DNA of 64,000 nucleotides from Podospora anserina (Eukaryota): NCBI GenBank assembly GCA_017654855.1, contig CM030335.1, positions 2,108,001 to 2,172,000 of the forward strand, read 5' to 3'. Shown piece by piece: positions 60,801 to 64,000 of this stretch (position 1 is its first letter; each line of letters starts with the position of its first letter). The notes under the pieces were generated by a model. It saw only the letters and a program-made list of their open reading frames with translations, ran no database searches and was not told where the DNA came from. The position numbers and the translations under genes were made by a program.

Positions 60801-63738
60801 GATTGAATTGATCGCTGGGTGCAGGCAGGGTGGCCTGTGCGGCCAGTGGTGAGGTGGATGGTCTGAGTTGCAAGTCATCTAAGGAAGTCCCCATCGAGCT
60901 TTTCCCCTTCCTCCTGTTGGTGATCGCGATGAGGTGGCCGTCCCGAATTTCTGGATGCAGATCGTTGTCCTGGGTGACTGTTGCTCGGCTCGTCATGCCC
61001 TCTGATCCTTCCGGTTGGGTGCTCGATCAACAAAAAGCGTGCCTGACTGCAGCTCCCAACACTTCGGAGGAAGCCCCTGTTCGGATTCTGCCGTATCGTT
61101 GCTCGTGGGCCCTCTCCGTGTGTGTGCGGTGTAATGATCAAGCCCTTTACTGAATGGCCCGCTCTACGGTACCGGTAGATAAAGGTGACAAGATAATAAA
61201 TGGCAAGTCGGCGCCGGCTGATTTCAGGGGACAAAGGAACCAGAATATCGAGGTTGCACGAAGCCTTTTCTTGTGTTGCCCACCACCGTGGGGCGATCGA
61301 AGGTTCTGAGGAAGCTTCTTCTTCTTTGCCGCTTTTGCTGTGGTTTCGCACTGATCGCCTTAGTATATCTGGTACCAGGGCCAACGTCAGAGGCCAGGGC
61401 TCTCAAGGCTGAGCGAGGTGGGATGCCGGGGTAGAAGAGCAGCATCATTGACGAGTCCGAGCGCCCACCATGGCACAAATTACAACACCATAGCATTCTA
61501 GCTGACACGGCCAGGTTGCGGGGAGCCGACAGGTTTGGCTCGAAGGCGGCCAGCTGAGGGAGTTGTGAGGGGGTGGAAGCGGTGGGCAGATGGTACCCTT
61601 TGGAGAGCGAGCAGCTTTCCCGTCCCTGAATCGTCACGGCGCCGCCGTTTTGCCTCTGGGTTGGGTGTTGGGTAGGGTGTTTTTGTCAGTCTAAATGAGG
61701 GACATCCATCTCATTTCCAACTGTGGGCTGTATTGGGGCATCTGTTTTCCATCGAGACAGGTTTAATCGTCAATCTCAAAGGCATCGAATAGAATGACGG
61801 GAATCATGACTGAAAGGGGCCAGTGCAGGTGATCATTTTGCGTTGAAGCTTCGAGGGCTAGCGTGGTACATGATGTTCTGGTGGCACAGGCTGGGACAGC
61901 CGAAGTACCCTGCACGACCGGGACAAAATAAGGCGATTGCTACGCGGGCCTGGCAGCAGCCCACAGCGAACCCACCAGGAGCCCACCCTTGTGCTGTTCA
62001 CCGTTCGTTTCAACTCGCCCCTGCACACTTCTCCAGCCTGGAAGTCCCCAATCCACGCAAGGATCCTCACCTGCGTGCCGAGCCACGTTATTTTCTTTTT
62101 GCCATTATTTTTTGATCCTGAATCCTCACCCTCTCTCTCTCTCCCGCCGTCAGAACCTCTGTCACGGGATCTTGTTGATCTGATCTGTCTTTCCTCCTTC
62201 TGTTCCATTCTCTCTCCCTTCACAAAAGGAACATCTCCCACATCTCATCTCGTCACATCAGATACGTCTTCAAACAAGATTCTCTGCGATCCCACACCTG
62301 TCAAGCCACCTCACGGTACGTAACCAAGCAACCGCCCAACACACGGATCTCATAAACACCAGTGCTGAGGTGGAGGGGACGTGCTGCCACCAAACCGCAC
62401 GACGCCTCAACCCACCGCCATTGTTTCCTCCTCTCGCCGGTGCTGGTGCTTCTGCTGGTGCTGGTGCTGGTGCTGGAGAGATGGGAGCATTGGTCTCTGG
62501 TCGCGCTCGGCTTTTCTCCCACTTTTTCTTCTCTTGAACTCGACATGTTCAAGATGGCGATCCCATCTCGAGCTCCCCCCGTTGTACAAAACACCTCATC
62601 TGTTGGATCATTTGGCTTTGCGTTACACTTCTTGTTGCGTTGTGATTTGAAGAAGCTGACAGCCGGTTGGCATACTGCAGGTCCGTTTGACGACGACTCC
62701 CTCCCTCCGACGACTTACTTTTTTGTCCCTACCGCGCCATTGACGACTTATTTGAAGGCTGCGGACAGGCATCCGGCAGCTCTTTGGCATAGCGAGGGGG
62801 TGAATTGTGACTGGTCATCGCAAATTCAGGCGAGATTCTGACATCAAGGTGCCAATACCTTGCTCCGTACCTTAGCTGGGTGATTCAGATCGGGACCCAC
62901 TGGAGCAAGGAGCGATAGACGTGGAATTTCTTTCCAACCAGACCGCAGTCCGCACCGCAGCTCTTTCCACAACAGAAATTTCCGTCGCGGCCGGCTGTAG
63001 ACCTTTTTTTTTTTTTGGTTTTTGTTTTCCCCTTCACACAACAAAAAACAAGAGCAGACCGGAATCCGAATCCTCCTGCCCGCGCCACATCCCATCCCAT
63101 CGTCGTGGTGCAGTTACCAGACAGTGGCGCAAGTCGAGCAGTCGAGCAGCAGTCGAGCGACGTAATCCCAACCGACCCCAAAGTTTAAGTCACTACCGCG
63201 TTGTGGCCAAGGCGCGTTTGCAGTTCCTCTGCTCAGCAACAAAAGCCCACACTTGAACCGTGCACCTGAACCGTGCCTTCACCACCCTCGCAAGCGACAT
63301 CAAGCGGCCATCACCAGCTGTCGGTGCCGCCATATATCGGGAATAAAGGCATCAAGATTCGTCTTTTTTGACGTGTCAGCCTCCGTCAGGCTCATCCTGA
63401 GGGATTCAACTGAGGTAAGAAAAATTCTGCACGAGCCGACCCCGCACGGTTTTTCCTCCAAAAATCCTTGTCCTCGCCGTTCCATCTCATGGCCTGCCGC
63501 CTACACCCGAACCTTTGTGCCCATCGTTTGATTCAACGTAACCTCTGTGGTCGCAGAGTAAATAAGAACCTACCCATGTCGTGGCTTGCCTATCGGAAAT
63601 CGCGCGTTTGTCGCGACCTCGTCTTCTTTGATAGGCAGCCTGGTCACCTGTTTCGAGTCGCCTCACCGCCTCTAGTTCGTCGCGAGTTTTGCTGACCATT
63701 AAAGCTAGACTCTTGACCCTTGAACCCACAGGGCAAAC

Positions 63739-64000
63739 ATGTCACAATCTCCATCAGCCTCTGGTGCGATGGGAATTGGCAGTGTGCTGAACAATAAAGG
63801 TGCCGCCGCCGCCCAAGCTCTCCAACAAGCCGGAGCCATGCCTGTCGACCAGCAAGTCCAGCAGCAGCTTCAGCAGCAAGTTCAACAGGTCCAACAGGTC
63901 CAACAGCAAGTCCAGCAGCAGGCCCAACAGGTCCAGCAGGCTCAACAGCTTCAACAGGCCCAGCAACCGCTTCAACAAGTTCAGCAGCAGCAGCAACACC
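63739..64000 (+). CDS. N-terminus of a Q-rich protein, possibly a transcription factor; 3'-truncated
   Basis: ATG at 63739 after a GCTGAC..CAG acceptor (63731); MSQSPSASGAMGIGSVLNNKGAAAAQALQQ followed by a polyQ/V tract open to the window end. Confidence 0.7.
   Translation, partial: MSQSPSASGAMGIGSVLNNKGAAAAQALQQAGAMPVDQQVQQQLQQQVQQVQQVQQQVQQQAQQVQQAQQLQQAQQPLQQVQQQQQH

Overview
Gene-dense eukaryotic (Sordariales) genomic DNA with short GT-AG introns carrying CTRAC branch sites. It is most likely Podospora anserina or a close relative, because the spliced copper-fist gene gives a 597-aa product matching my recollection of GRISEA. About 21 protein-coding genes are supported: epsin (3' part), Nup98-Nup96, a GIT1-type MFS permease, two divergent MARVEL-like membrane proteins, an Rtt107/Brc1-like BRCT protein, TBP, a pipecolate/sarcosine-oxidase-like flavoprotein, U2SURP-like, grisea, an RS-rich protein, Vps25, Ndc80 (apparent 1-nt frameshift), Pex14, an HSL-type hydrolase, a DHCR24-like oxidoreductase, a Ca2+/H+ exchanger, a patatin, a HeLo-pseudokinase and the start of a Q-rich protein. 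The most interesting locus is 53-58 kb: an MLKL-like HeLo-pseudokinase (HKG/GFE in place of HRD/DFG) lying head-to-head with a stand-alone patatin phospholipase, a candidate two-gene cell-death module. No tRNA, rRNA, transposon or CRISPR features were recognised. All calls come from motif recognition and manual splicing; no searches were run.
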